Part shown: positions 1 to 12,034 of the stretch, one piece after another | Layout: each line of letters opens with the position of its first letter | How positions within the stretch are numbered: position 1 is the first letter of the stretch | From: Squalus acanthias | Lineage: Eukaryota | Assembly (NCBI GenBank): GCA_030390025.1 | Contig: CM059432.1 | Span: 10,540,001-10,604,000, forward strand | Reading direction: 5' to 3' | Length of the DNA: 64,000 bases | Notes under the pieces: model-generated | The model's input: the letters and a program-made list of their open reading frames with translations, nothing else | Told to the model about the DNA's origin: nothing | Databases searched by the model: none | Position numbers and translations under genes: made by a program

Positions 1-268
1 GTCCATGCACAGCGGGAAACCGGTGGGAGACCAATGAAAGTTAAAACGCTGAAAAAAAAAGCATTGTTAAGTGGCTGTAAACAAGCCCCTAATGATTTAA
101 ATTGGCTCCCCCGCCTGTCGGGTCTGCTCAGCGCTGGCAGATCCGACATCAGGAAATGCAGGAGTGCGCGTTATGACAGTGGGTTCCCGACCCCGCTGTC
201 AATCATTTTCAATTTCACAGCTGACCCGCCACCCATCCCGTCCGCTGAGAGCCGGCAAAACCGCGTCC
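1..268. mobile_element. Probable right end of a GC-rich MITE
   Basis: The composition and the terminus ...gcaaaaccgcgtcc resemble the other Harbinger-like ends here. It is truncated by the window edge. Confidence 0.3.
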
Positions 269-683
269 ATGGGTCAGGTTGCCCAGCCCTGACCAGGAGT
301 GAAGCCCGAGATGAGAGATGGAGCCACACTTGACTTCCACCAGGTCGCTCGGCTTGTAGCTGGGGTGACCCTAACCTGACCTTCTTCATAAAATGGTTGA
401 TCGTGGGCTCCTTCCGCAAACAGCGCACACAAGCCATCCCCTTATGGGTGGGCTGATCGTTCTCCCCTCTCTTGTCTGGGGGAATATACTTTGAAACGTC
501 GCTCTAGGCCAAGGACCATGGACTAGACTGGGCCAATAACCATAATTCTCACTGGGAGTACCAGCTGTCAATCCTCCTTGATCTGCTTCTAGGCATGGGA
601 TTCAGGAAGTCCCAACCTAGAGGGTCTGTGGCTCTAGCTTCACCCCCCCCCACCCCCCCACCCACCACCCCTCCACCCACCCA

Positions 684-1583
684 GACTTTTCCTCCTGTCG
701 CCTCTGGCTCTTTTGCCAATCACCTTAAATCACTGCCCTCTGGTTATCGACCCTTATATTCGCTGGAGTTTAGAAGAATGAGAGGGGATCTCATTGAAAC
801 TTATAAAATTCTAACAGGACTAGACAGACTAGATGCAGGAAGGATGTTCCCGATGGCGGGGGAGTCCAGAACCAGAGGTCACAGTCTAAGGATAAGGGGT
901 AAGCCATTTAGGACTGAGATGAGAGGAATTTCTTCACCCAGAGAGTGGTGAACCTGTGGAATTCTCTACCACAGAAGGCAGTTGAGGCCAATTCATTAAA
1001 TATATTCAAGAAGGAGTTAGATATATTTCTTAAGGCTAAAGGGTTCAAGGGATATGGGGAGAAAGCAGGGACAGGGTACTGAATTTGGATGATCAGCCAT
1101 GATCTCATTAAATGGCGGAGCAGGCTCGAGGGGTCGAATGGCTTACCCCTGCTCCTATCTTCTATGCTTCTATGCTTCCAGCCACTGGAAACAGTTTCTC
1201 TTTATTTACTCTAGCTAAACCCTTCATGATTTTAAACACCTCGATCAAATCTCCTCTTGGCCTTCTCTGCTCCAAGGAGAACGATCCCAGCTTCTCCCCA
1301 GGTCTATCCACGTAACCGCAATCCCTCATCCCTGGGTCCACTCTAGTAAACCTCTTCTGGACCCTCTCCAAAGCCTTCACGTCCTTCCTAAAGATACTGG
1401 AAGCGAGCTGCATTTAGGGAGAAGCGGGATAAACGCACGAGGGAGAAAGGAACTGAAGGTTCTGCTGATAGGGTGAGATGAAGAGGGGGGCGGGTGGAGG
1501 CTGGTGTGGAGCATAAACACCGGCATGGACCTGTTGGGCAGAAGGGCCTGTTTCTGTGCTGTAAATTCTATGTAATTCTATGT
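684..1583. mobile_element. Nested CR1 fragments: + copy 750-1175 inside a - copy (684-745 and 1176-1395), then a + tail at 1397-1583
   Basis: LEFRRMRGDLIE/RTRGHSL on +, LEQRRPRGDLIE on -, and microsatellite tails. Confidence 0.8.
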
Positions 1584-2304
1584 AGCTGGCCTCCATGTAA
1601 ACACAACCCAACAGAATGTCATTGCTTTGCGGGGATGAAAATTGGATGGTAGAAGGTAAAAGGGGAGCTACGTTGGAGCAGCACACTACTGCTTTGATGT
1701 ACTAATTCAAAGGTGGTGAGACACTGAGAGGTATAAGAGGAGAGTGAGTCGCTTGATGCTGCTTTTAGACCAACTCTTTGAACGAGACGCTTGCTTTTCC
1801 TTATCTCCTTCAGGGAATAAATTGAATAACAGATCTGTGAACTCAATTCATAATCAAAAATAAATGCGTATTTCAAGAGGCATTTCAAAGCTGGAAGGCG
1901 CGGCAATTATGTAGATTGTTAATTTTGACAAAGTGACATTTAAATCAACAAATACCAGAACAACACAATATCGTAGAGGATAGACAAATACTTACCTGAA
2001 CCCTGTTGTCTCCCTGCGAGGATTTGTGTTCAGCTTTACTCTGATCCTGTGTACAATTTGTTGCTTCCCCGGCAGAAGTAGGTAATCCGTTTTCAACTCA
2101 CATCCGTGCCTAATTAATAGCAGATGAATTGTCCTTGTTCGTGTCGATAACAATTAATAGTGAGTGAGTGAAACAAAATTGCAGTTGTTTCTGCTGAGCT
2201 TCCATAGAAAATGTTGTGCCTGTGCCAAGCTTCTGCTTGGGTCGGGACTACTGTCTAACGTGAGTTAGTATCTTCATCAGAGCCCTTTTTTCACGAGTGA
2301 GTCT

Positions 2305-2660
2305 AAATCCCTCCATGGCCCTCGCCCCTCCCTATCTCTGCAACCTCCTTCAGCCCCACAACCCTCCGGGATATCTGCGCTCCTCTAATTCTGGCCCCCT
2401 GATTTCAATCATTCAACCATTGGCGGCCGTGCCTTCTGTTGCCTTGGCCCTAAGCTCTGGAATTCCCTCCCTAAGCCTCTCCGCCTCTCTACCTCTCTTT
2501 CCTCCTTTAAGACACATCTTAAAACCTACCTCTTTGACCAATCTGCCCTAATTTTTCCTTATGAGACTCGGTGTCAAATTTTTTTTATAACGCTCCTGTG
2601 AAGCGCCTTGGGGCATTTTACTACGTTAAAGGTGCTATATAAATACAAGTTGCTGTTGTT
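2305..2660 (+). mobile_element. L2 LINE 3' fragment (others at 28996-29395 - and 31961-32340 -)
   Basis: HGLAPPYL / LRSS / WNSLP / FK..LKTYLF pattern and the L2 tail gcgctatataaat-(gtt)n. Confidence 0.75.
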
Positions 2661-3014
2661 GAATAGTCTGGGGAATTTATGCATAAATCACTATAACCCC
2701 AATTTTAACCTAACCCCACTCAATTTCATGCTCCAATGGAGCCTAAATGGGTGTAAAACAGGCATCTGACCTGAACACACCGTGTGGGGAGGGGCTTAAA
2801 TTAAAATCGAGACAATCCTTGTTTTTTTCCCACACTTTCACAGGCATCATATTGCATAGAATCATACAGCACAGAATGGAGGCCGTTTGGCCCATCGTGC
2901 CTAGTGCTGGTATACCTTCAACTGAATTCAAATTCTCACACTGCCATGGGATTTGAACTTGTGTCCTATTGCATTAGTCCAGACCTCAGGTTTACAAAAA
3001 TACTAATATAACCA

Positions 3015-4155
3015 CACAAGAGGTTATTAAACAAAATTAGGGCTCATGGGATTGGGGGTAATATACTAGCATGGATTGAGGATTGGTTAACGGACAGAAA
3101 ACCGAGAGTAGGAATAAATGAGTCATTTTCAGGCAGGCTGTAACCAGTGAGGTCACTCAAGGATCAGTGCTTGGGCCTCAGCTATTTACAATCTACATCA
3201 ATGACTTAGATGAGGGGACCGAGTGTAATGTATCCAAGTTTGCTGACGATACAAAGCTAGGTGGGACAGTAAGCTGTGAGGAGAGCACAAAGAGGCTGCA
3301 AAGGGATATGGACAGGTTAAGTGAGTGGGCAAGAAGATGGGAGAAAGAGAATAATGTGGAGAAATGTTAAGTTACCTTCTTTGGTGGAAAAATAGAAAAG
3401 CAGAATTTTTTTAAATGGTGAGAGATTGGAAATGTTGCTATTCAGAGGGACTTGGGTGTCCTTGTACACAAATCACTGAAAGTTAACATTCAGGTACAGC
3501 AAGCAATTAGGAAAGCAAATGGTATGTTGGCCTTTATTACAAGAGGATTTGAGTATAAGAGTAAAGAAGTCTTACTGCAATGATATAGGGCCCTGGTGAG
3601 ACCACACCTGGAGTATTGTGTACAGTTTTGGTCTCCTTACCTAAGGAAGGATATACTTGCCTTAGAGGAAGTGCAACAAAGGTTCACCAGACTGATTCCT
3701 GGGGTGGGGGGGATTGTCCTATGAGGAGAGATTGAGTAGACTAGGCCTATATTCTCTAGAGTTTAGAAGAATGAGAGGTGATCTCATTGAAACATACAAA
3801 ATTCTTACAGGGCTTGACAGGGAGGATGTTTCCCCTGGCTGGGGAGTCTAGAACCAGGGGTCACAGTCTCAGAATAAGGCGTCGGCCATTTAGGACTGAG
3901 ATGAGGAGAAATTTCTTCACTCAGAGGGTGGTGAATCTTTGGAATTCTCTACCCCAGAGGGCTGTGGAGGCTCAGTCGTTGAGTATATTCAAGACTGAGA
4001 TTGATAAATTTTTGGATATTAAAGGAATCAAGGGATATGAGCATAGGGTGGGAAAGTGGAGTTGAGGTAGATCAGTCATGATCTCATTGAATGGCGGAGC
4101 AGGCTCGAGGGGCCGAATGGCCTGCTCCTGCTCCTATTTCTTATGTTCTTATGTT
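3015..4155 (+). mobile_element. CR1/HER1 LINE 3' fragment
   Basis: Contains [16 protein letters not shown] and RTRGHSL, with a (ttcttatg)n tail. Confidence 0.88.
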
Positions 4156-6583
4156 CCAGCATCTGCAGTATTTTATTTTTGTTTTAGATTAACACTGGTC
4201 TTGGTGTAGTGTAAACACAGTTCTGGAGAGACAATATGGAAGAGGCATGACGTTAGCACGCTGCCACATGTTCAGTGTTCCTCTGCTGCTGAATTCCAGA
4301 GTCTGCAGTTTCAGACCTCGCTCAGTGTTGTTTGGTCAACCATTGTGGATAAATACTGCCTTCTACTTAAAACTCCGAGTCACGTATCACTAACCATATT
4401 CAAAATATAGAATTCTCTGCTGTCGCTCTGGAGTACGGAAAGTGTTCAACTAAATTTATTTCTCCTTAAGCTGATTATTTGAGCGACTGCAATCAGACAG
4501 CGGCAAATGAGATTCACATCCCTTCAGAGTTTCAATAAATTGGGTGGATTTACCCATTATAGTACAAATTGTGCCCAGCACAATAGAAGGAGTGGGTTTA
4601 ATTTACCAAATGACCTGTTCTTTTTCACATTTTGTTATATTTTATAAATGTATTTGCTTTCCTGTTGTCTAAAATGCTTTCTTTTTTTTTGATGTAACCC
4701 TGCTTACCTTGAGGCAAGGTAACATTATTGAGAGAGAAAGAAAAATCTTAGACCCTATCCTGGGAATATTAACTATTGGGTAGATTTTTTCCTAAGGTAG
4801 CCATAGTTTTGCTTTAATATCATGGTCATGTTCTCCTGCTTTCCCTGACTTCTTTTCTGTTCATGCGTTGAATCCAACTGTTGCTTGAGTCCTTGAACTT
4901 TGCCACAAAAAAAATGATTAGCAATTTGACGAGTTAATTATCATCTCTCCAAAGATAAGGTTTCCATGGTGCCTCCCACTGGGGTTGGAAATGTAATTCT
5001 TTTCTTGCAATTCCATTGAACTCTTACAATTACATTACATCGAATTACGTGGAACGTGCAGCACAGGAGCAGGCCATTTTTGCCCAACCGGTCCCTGCCG
5101 GTGTTTATGCTCCACACGAGCCTCCTCCGACCCCTCTTCATCTCACCCTATCAACAGATCCTTCTCTTCCTTCCTCCCTCATGTGTTTATCTAGTTTCCC
5201 CTTAAATGCATCTATACTATTCGCCTCAACCACTCCCTGTGGTAGCGAGTTCCACATTCTCACCGCTCTCTGGGTAAAGAAGTTTCTCCTGAATTCCCTA
5301 TTGCAATTATTAGTGACTATCTTATATTTATGTCTCCTAGTTTTGGTCTCCTCCCTCCCAAACATCTCTATCCTTGGCCCCCTACAATTTCTCATCTACA
5401 TGCTGCCCCTCGGCGACATCATTGATTTCGCTCCTGTGAAGCGCCATGGAACATTTTACTACGTTAAAGGCGCTATATAAATGCAAGTTGTTGTTGTTGT
5501 TTTCTTTATGTACGGTGGGATGTAAGGAATAGGGCGATCAGACTAAATTGTGAGTCTTTCCCTCCAATTTATCTCCCATGGCTCTTCTCTCCTGAAGGTG
5601 CTAACCCCTCCCTGGGTACCGTTACATGCATTACTCCCTGGCACCTTGCCCAACTGGCCATTATTTAGCCATCAATCTTGACCAGTGAAGGCAGGGTAGC
5701 AGCAGAATGGGACTTCCGCTCGTCACTGTGAGTCCACCATGACCGTGACCCATTTTCCTGGATCGGGGTTCGTCTGGAATGTAGGGGCCGGGCTCTGAGC
5801 AGAATCCCCGCCACCAAAAGGCAGCCAGCTGCTGCCAAGGAAGGGACATCTGGCAGTGCTGAAGCAGGACAGGCATCCAAAGGTGGGCGGACCGTTTAAA
5901 AAGGACAGAAAATGCCCCGAAGGTGCAGGAGGGGATTTGGAGTGTTTTAGGCCTCGGACTGGACCAAGGACTGAAAAGATAAGGGACTGAGGTCTAATTG
6001 GAGGGAGAGAGGTTTCCACATCTGGGCGCTTTCCCTCCTCAAAGAGACGTCAGCGGACGTTTACGATTTTTATTGCAAGTTTCAAATCTAAACCTTTTGA
6101 TCTCACGCGGGACTTTGCTGCTCAAAGAAGGTTATCATGGAGTATTTTCTGTATTACGTAACTTTTTAAAATATGATCATTCTCAGGGCGTGGGTGTCGC
6201 TGGCAAGGCCGGCACTTGTTGCCCGTCCCTAGGTGCCCCTGAGAAGGTGGTGGTGGGCTACCGCCATCTTGAACCGTTGCAGGTACTCCCATAATGCTTA
6301 GCAGTTGGATACGACCGAGTGGCTTTTCTCAGCCGCCTCAGAGGGAAGTTAAGAGTCAACCACATTAATGTGGGACTAGAGTCACATACAAACCAGACTG
6401 CGTAAGGTTCTAGGACATTAGTGAACTGGTTGGGTCCTGGTGGGACTTGAATTCACACGCTTTAGCTGATTAGTTCAGATTTACATGGATTGCTAGTCCA
6501 GTAACATAACCACTACACTACCCTAAGAAAAAAATGAGAAGTCGCACAACACCAGGTTATAGTCCAACAGATTTATTTAAAAT

Positions 6584-6619
6584 TACAAGCTTTCGGAGCT
6601 GTCGCCCCTTCTTCAGGTA
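6584..6619 (-). ncRNA. Hammerhead ribozyme motif in the inverted 5' pLTR copy
   Basis: Exact reverse complement of 8966-9001. Confidence 0.72.
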
Positions 6620-6780
6620 GGGTAGCTGTGAGAGAATCTCCCAGAATTCACAATATAAACACAGAAAAAATGTATTCAAATCTTTCCCTACATCAAAGAC
6701 ACACTAAGAGCACAGCCAAGACAATGCGATGTGTCCCAGGAGGTCCAACGTGTCAAAACACCTGCTGGCTGCATATCCTC

Positions 6781-8754
6781 AATTTGGACCCCTCCGGAGG
6801 GTCGCAGCCCTAAGCTTGACATGTATGCTCAAGCTGTCAGGAAATGCATCAACGCCAGATTCATCAGCCGTACTCACAAGACAGTCCAGAATGTCACCCG
6901 AGCACAACGCAACGCCATCCACGCTCTCAAGACCAACCGCAACATCGTCATCAAACCAGCGGACAAAGGAGGAGCCATCGTCATACAGAACAGAATGGAC
7001 TATTGCAAAGAAGCATACCGACAACTGGACAACCAGGAACACTACAGACAGCTACCCGCAAATCCGACCAAAGAACACACCCGCCAACTCAATAGACTGA
7101 TCAAGACCTTCGATCCAGACCTTCAAAACATCCTACACGCTCTCATCCCACGTACTCCCCGCGTAGGAGACTTTTACTGCCTCCCAAAGATACACAAAGC
7201 CAACACACCCGGACGTCCTATCGTATCAGGCAACGGAACCCTGTGTGAGAACCTCTCTGGGTACGTCGAGGGCATCCTGAAACCCATCGTACAGGGAACC
7301 CCCAGCTTCTGTCGCGACACTACAGACTTCTTGCAGAAACTCAGCACCCATGGACCAGTTGAACCAGGAACACTCCTCGTCACGATGGACGTATCGGCAC
7401 TCTACACCAATATCCCCCACAATGACGGCATCGCTGCGACAGCCTCAGTACTCAACACCAACAACAGCCAATCTCCAGACGCCATCCTACAACTCATCCG
7501 CTTCATCCTTGACCACAATGTCTTCACCTTCGACAACCATTTTTTTACCCAAACACACGGAACAGCCATGGGGACCAAATTCGCACCCCAATACGCCAAC
7601 ATCTTCATGCACAAGTTCGAGCAAGACTTCTTCGCTGCACAGGACCTCCAACCAACGCTGTACACCAGATACATCGACGACATCTTCTTCCTTTGGACCC
7701 ACGGCGAAGGATCACTGAAAGGACTACACGATAGCATCAACAGGTTCCATCCCACCATCAAACTCACCATGGACTACTCCTCAGAATCGGTTTCATTCTT
7801 GGACACACGAATCTCCATCAAAGACGGACGCCTCAGCACTTCACTCTACCGCAAGCCCACGGACAACCTCACGATGCTCCACTTCTCCAGCTTCCACCCC
7901 AACCACGTTAAAGAAGCCATCCCCTATGGACAAGCCCTGCGAATACACAGGATCTGCTCAGACGAGGAGGAACGCGATGGACACCTACGGACACTGAAAG
8001 ACGCCCTCGTAAGAACGGGATATGACGCTCGACTCGTCGATCGACAGTTCCGACGGGCCACAGCGAAAAACCGCATAGACCTCCTCAGAAGACGAACACG
8101 GGACACAACCAACAGAGTACCCTACGTCGTCCAGTACTTCCCCGGAGCGGAAAAACTACGCCATGTTCTTCGCAGCCTTCAACATGTCATCGATGACGAC
8201 GAACACCTTGCTAAGGCCATCCCCACGCCTCCACTACTCGCCTTCAAGCAGCCGCCTAACCTCAAAAGTACCATCGTTCGCAGCAGATTACCCATCTTTC
8301 AGGAGAACAGCAACCACGACACCACACAACCCTGCCACGGCAACCTCTGCAAGACATGCCAGATCATGGACACAGATACCATCATCACACGTGAGGACAC
8401 TACCCACCAGGTACATGGTACATAATCAGTGACTCGGCCAACGTTGTCTACCTGATACGTTGCAGTAAAGGATGCCCCAGAGCATGGTACATCGGCGAGA
8501 CCATGCAGACACTGAGACAACGTATGAACGGACACCGCGCAACAATCGCCAGGCAGGAGGGTTGCCTCCCAGTCGGGGAACACTTCAGCAGTCAGGGGCA
8601 TTCAGCCTCGGATCTGCGGGTAAGCGTTCTCCAAGGCGGCCTTCGGGATACATGACAGCGCAAAATCATAGAGCAGAAACTGATAGCCAAGTTCCGCACT
8701 CATGAGGATGGCCTCAATCGCGATATTGGGTTCATGTCACGATACAGAACGTGA
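6781..8754 (+). pseudogene. PLE ORF: open reverse-transcriptase frame plus disrupted GIY-YIG endonuclease
   Basis: PLE RT motifs WTPP.GR, IKPADKGG, FYCLPKIHK, GRPIVS, MDVSALYTNIP, GTAMG, YTRYIDDIF, FLD, YRKPTD. A TAA at 8423-8425 plus a 1-nt frameshift is followed from 8431 by DSANVVYLIRC..WYIGETMQTLRQRMNGH..HF..E.KLI....GLNRD, with an internal TGA at 8653-8655 and a stop at 8752-8754. Confidence 0.9.
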
Positions 8755-8965
8755 CTTGACATCATGGCCGGTCTTTCCAGGTTTTTTTTTTAAACCCAAA
8801 TGGAGAGGATATGCAGCCAGCAGGTGTTTTGACACGTTGGACCCCCTGGGACACATCTCATTGTCTTGGCTGTGCTCTTAGTGTGTCTTTGATGTAGGGA
8901 AAGATTTGAATACATTTTTCCTGTGTTTATATTGTGAATTCTGGGAGATTCTCTCACAGCTACCC

Positions 8966-9001
8966 TACCTGAAGAAGGGGCGACAGCTCCGAAAGCTTGT
9001 A
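8966..9001 (+). ncRNA. Minimal type-I hammerhead ribozyme motif in the PLE-A 3' pLTR
   Basis: UAC-CUGAAGA-A-GGGGC(GACA)GCUCC-GAAA-GC-UU-GUA. It has the conserved CUGAnGA and GAAA boxes, a 5-bp helix II, a palindromic AGCU helix III and a UAC/GUA helix I. Confidence 0.75.
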
Positions 9002-9735
9002 ATTTTAAATAAATCTGTTGGACTATAACCTGGTGTAGTGCGACTTCTCATTTTTGTCCACCCAGTCCAACGCCGGCATCTCCACATCATACCCTAAGAA
9101 AGACTTACATTTATACAGCGCCTTTCACGACCACCGGACGTCTCAAAGCGCTTTACAGCCAATGAAGCATTTTTTTGGAGTGTAGTCACTGTTGTAATGT
9201 GGGAAACGCGGCAGCCAATTTGCGCACAGCAAGCTCCCAAAAACAGTAATTAGATAATGACCAGATAATCTGGTTGTGTGATGTTGATTGAGGGGATAAA
9301 TATTGGCCAGGACACCAGGGATAACTCCCCTGCTCTTCTTCGAAATAGTGCCATGGGATCTTTTACGTCCACCTGAGAGAGCAGACGGGGCCTCGGTTTA
9401 ACGCCTCATCCGAAAGACGGCACCTCCGACAGTGCAGCGCTCCTCAGTACTGCACTGGAGCGTCAGCCTAGCTTTAATATGCTCAAGTCTCTGGAGTGGG
9501 ACTTGAACCCAGAACCTTCTGACCCAGAGGCGAGAGTGCTACCCACTGAGCCACAGCTGACACAGACCTGCCCATTCTATGTCTTCTAATTGTCAATGGT
9601 AATGTGGAAACACTCTGAATGTAAAAGGCTCTCATTTTGATACTCTTTAGAGGGCATAAATTGCACAATGTTTGCAGTGGTCATATGCTTTTGATACCTT
9701 GTACGTACAATGCCATTTTTGCCTAATTCTACCCA

Positions 9736-10705
9736 ATGATTTGGATGAGGGGACTAAATGTAACATTTCCAAATTTGCTGATGATACAAAGAGTGGTGGC
9801 AGTGTCAGTTGTGAAGAGGATGTGAAGAGTCTTCAAGGGGATCTCGACAGGCTCAGTGAATGGGCGAGAACATGGCAGATGGAATATAATGTGGATAAAT
9901 GTGAAGTTATCCACTTTGGTAGAAAAAACAGAAAGGCAGAGTATTTCCTAAATGGTGAAAGATTGGGGAATGCAGATGCTCAAAGGGATCCTGAGTGTCC
10001 TTGTACATGAGTCACTGAAAGTGAATGTGCAGGTGCAGCAAGCCATTAGGAAGGCAAATGGTATGCTGGCCTTCATTACAAGAGGATTTGAGTACAGGAG
10101 TAAAGAATTCTTACTCCAATTATATAGGGCCTTGGTGAGACACCACCTGGAGTACTGTGTACAATTTTGGTCTCCTTACCTAAGGAAGGATATACTTGCC
10201 ATAGAGGGAGTGCAACGAAGATTCACGAGATTGATTCCTGGGATGACGGGACTGTCGTATGAGAAGAGATTGAGTAAACTAGGCCTGTATTCTCTTGAAT
10301 TCAGAAGAATGAGAGGGGATCTCATTGAAGCATACCAAATTATTACAGGGCTTGATAGGGTGGATGCTGGGAGAATGTTTCCCTTGGCTGGGGAGTCTAG
10401 AACCAGGGGCCACAGCCTCAAGATAAAGGGTAGGCCATTCAGGACTGAGATGAGAAGAAATGTCTTCACACAGAGGGTGGTGAATCTTTGGAATTCCCTA
10501 CCCCAGAGGGCTGTGGAGGCTCAGTCATTGGGTATATTCAAAGCAGAAGTCGATAGATTCCTGACTAGTAAGGGCATCAAGGGATATGGCGATAAGGCCG
10601 GTGAATGTAGTTGAGGCAGAAGATCAGCCATGATCTCATTGAATGGCGGAGCAGGCTCGAAGGGCCGAATGGCCTACTCCTGCTCCTATTTCTTATGTTC
10701 TTATG
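9736..10705 (+). mobile_element. CR1/HER1 LINE 3' fragment
   Basis: RT C-terminal frames at 9672-10614, followed by the tail. Confidence 0.88.
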
Positions 10706-11083
10706 TAATGACACTGGATTGAAATGGCAGGAGAAGTGTTGGAGTTTGCAGAGATTCAGATATAAGAATTAGTAAATATTGACAGAGAGCGATGAAGCAT
10801 GAAGAAATCAAGAGGTGAAAATCAATAATCAATTACTAATGTAGTTGGTTATTGATTATGAACATTTAAAGATGGTCATTAGAGTATCAAAAGCTTCAGT
10901 TAAGCAACCGGTTATATCCAGTCAAGAGCAGTCAGTCTGCAAGGTGGAATTTTTTAGTGAAAGTTGAGCGGCTGAATGTGAAGATCTTTAAAACCATAAT
11001 AATTCTGATTATTATTTTATTATTTGGTGCTGAATTGTTAACATTGCCAGAAAATTATGGGACCTTTCCCTCTTTTGGCATTC

Positions 11084-11770
11084 TTTCCCCTCAATCCCCC
11101 AGTTCACACTTACACTCTTCCCCTCAATCCCCCAGTTCACACTCACACTCTTCCCCTCAATCCCCCAGTTCACACTCACACTCTTCCCCTCAATCCCCAG
11201 TTCACACTCACACACTTTTCCCTCAATCCCCAGTTCACACTCACACACTCTTCCCCTCAATCCTAGCTCACACTCACACTCTTCCCCTCAATCCCCAGTT
11301 CACACTCACACACTTTCCCCTCAATCCCCAGTTCACACTCACACACTTTCCCCTCAATCCCCAGTTCACACTCACACACTTTCCCCTCAATCCCCAGTTC
11401 ACACTCACACACTTTCCCCTCAATCCCCCAGTTCACACTCACACACTTTCCCCTCAATCCCCCAGTTCACACTTACACTCTTCCCCTCAATCCCCAGTTC
11501 ACACTTACACTCTTCCCCTCAATCCCCAGTTCACACTCACACTCTTCCCCTCAATCCCCAGTTCACACTCACACTCTTCCCCTCAATCCCCAGTTCACAC
11601 TCACACACTTTCCCCTCAATCCCCCAGTTCACACTCACACACTTTCCCCTCAATCCCCCAGTTCTCGCTCACACTCTTCCCCTCAATCCCCCAGTTCACA
11701 CTCACACTCCTCCCCTCAATCCTAGCTCACATTCACACTCTCTCTTCTCCATCCCCCAGTTCACACTCAC
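11084..11770. repeat. Minisatellite, about 20 copies of a 32-35 bp unit (ttcccctcaatcccc(c)agttcacactcaca(ca)ct)
   Basis: The tandem repetition is directly visible. Confidence 0.95.
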
Positions 11771-12034
11771 GCTCCCTCTACCCCTGCCACCATTCATGCT
11801 CACCCTCTGTTTCTTCTCAATTCACATTGGCAAACTTCCCTTCACCGGGAACCAAATAATGGAGCCTGAAAATTCTGTGAATGAAAAGGTGCGTATAATG
11901 AGGTTTAATGGACAGGAGATCAAAGCGTGAGAATGAATAACAACTTAGTGACTAAGGCTTGAAATGTTTATAAAGGACAAGTGAGAAGAATTAGTGAGCA
12001 TGGTTTTCCTAGTCAGAGATAATAGGCTGCATAT

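Larger units (their letters stand above)
6531..9089 (+). mobile_element. Penelope-like retroelement (family A), 5'-truncated, with inverted pseudo-LTR and 12-bp TSD
   Basis: Carries RT and GIY-YIG coding sequence. About 6529-6780 is the reverse complement of about 8806-9055. TACCCTAAGAAA flanks both ends (6519-6530 and 9090-9101). Confidence 0.93.

Noticed and set aside
1988..1998. U1 snRNA 5' end (ATACTTACCTG)
   Set aside because: The following sequence does not continue as U1. It is better read as a minus-strand splice donor.
6731..6780. N-terminal 17 codons of the 564-aa ORF
   Set aside because: They derive from the antisense pLTR and begin at GTG, so they are not a native start.
6529..9055. 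DNA transposon interpretation of the 250-bp terminal inverted repeats
   Set aside because: The internal ORF is an RT plus GIY-YIG, not a transposase. Inverted pLTRs are typical of PLEs.
11084..11770. CRISPR-like array of ~33-bp repeats
   Set aside because: The units are directly adjacent with no unique spacers, there are no cas genes, and the context is a vertebrate genome.
10957..11859. 300-aa Pro/Ser/His/Thr-rich ORF with a hydrophobic N-terminus
   Set aside because: It is a translation of the minisatellite, whose + strand has almost no stops. The frame drifts with unit length and the start is non-ATG.
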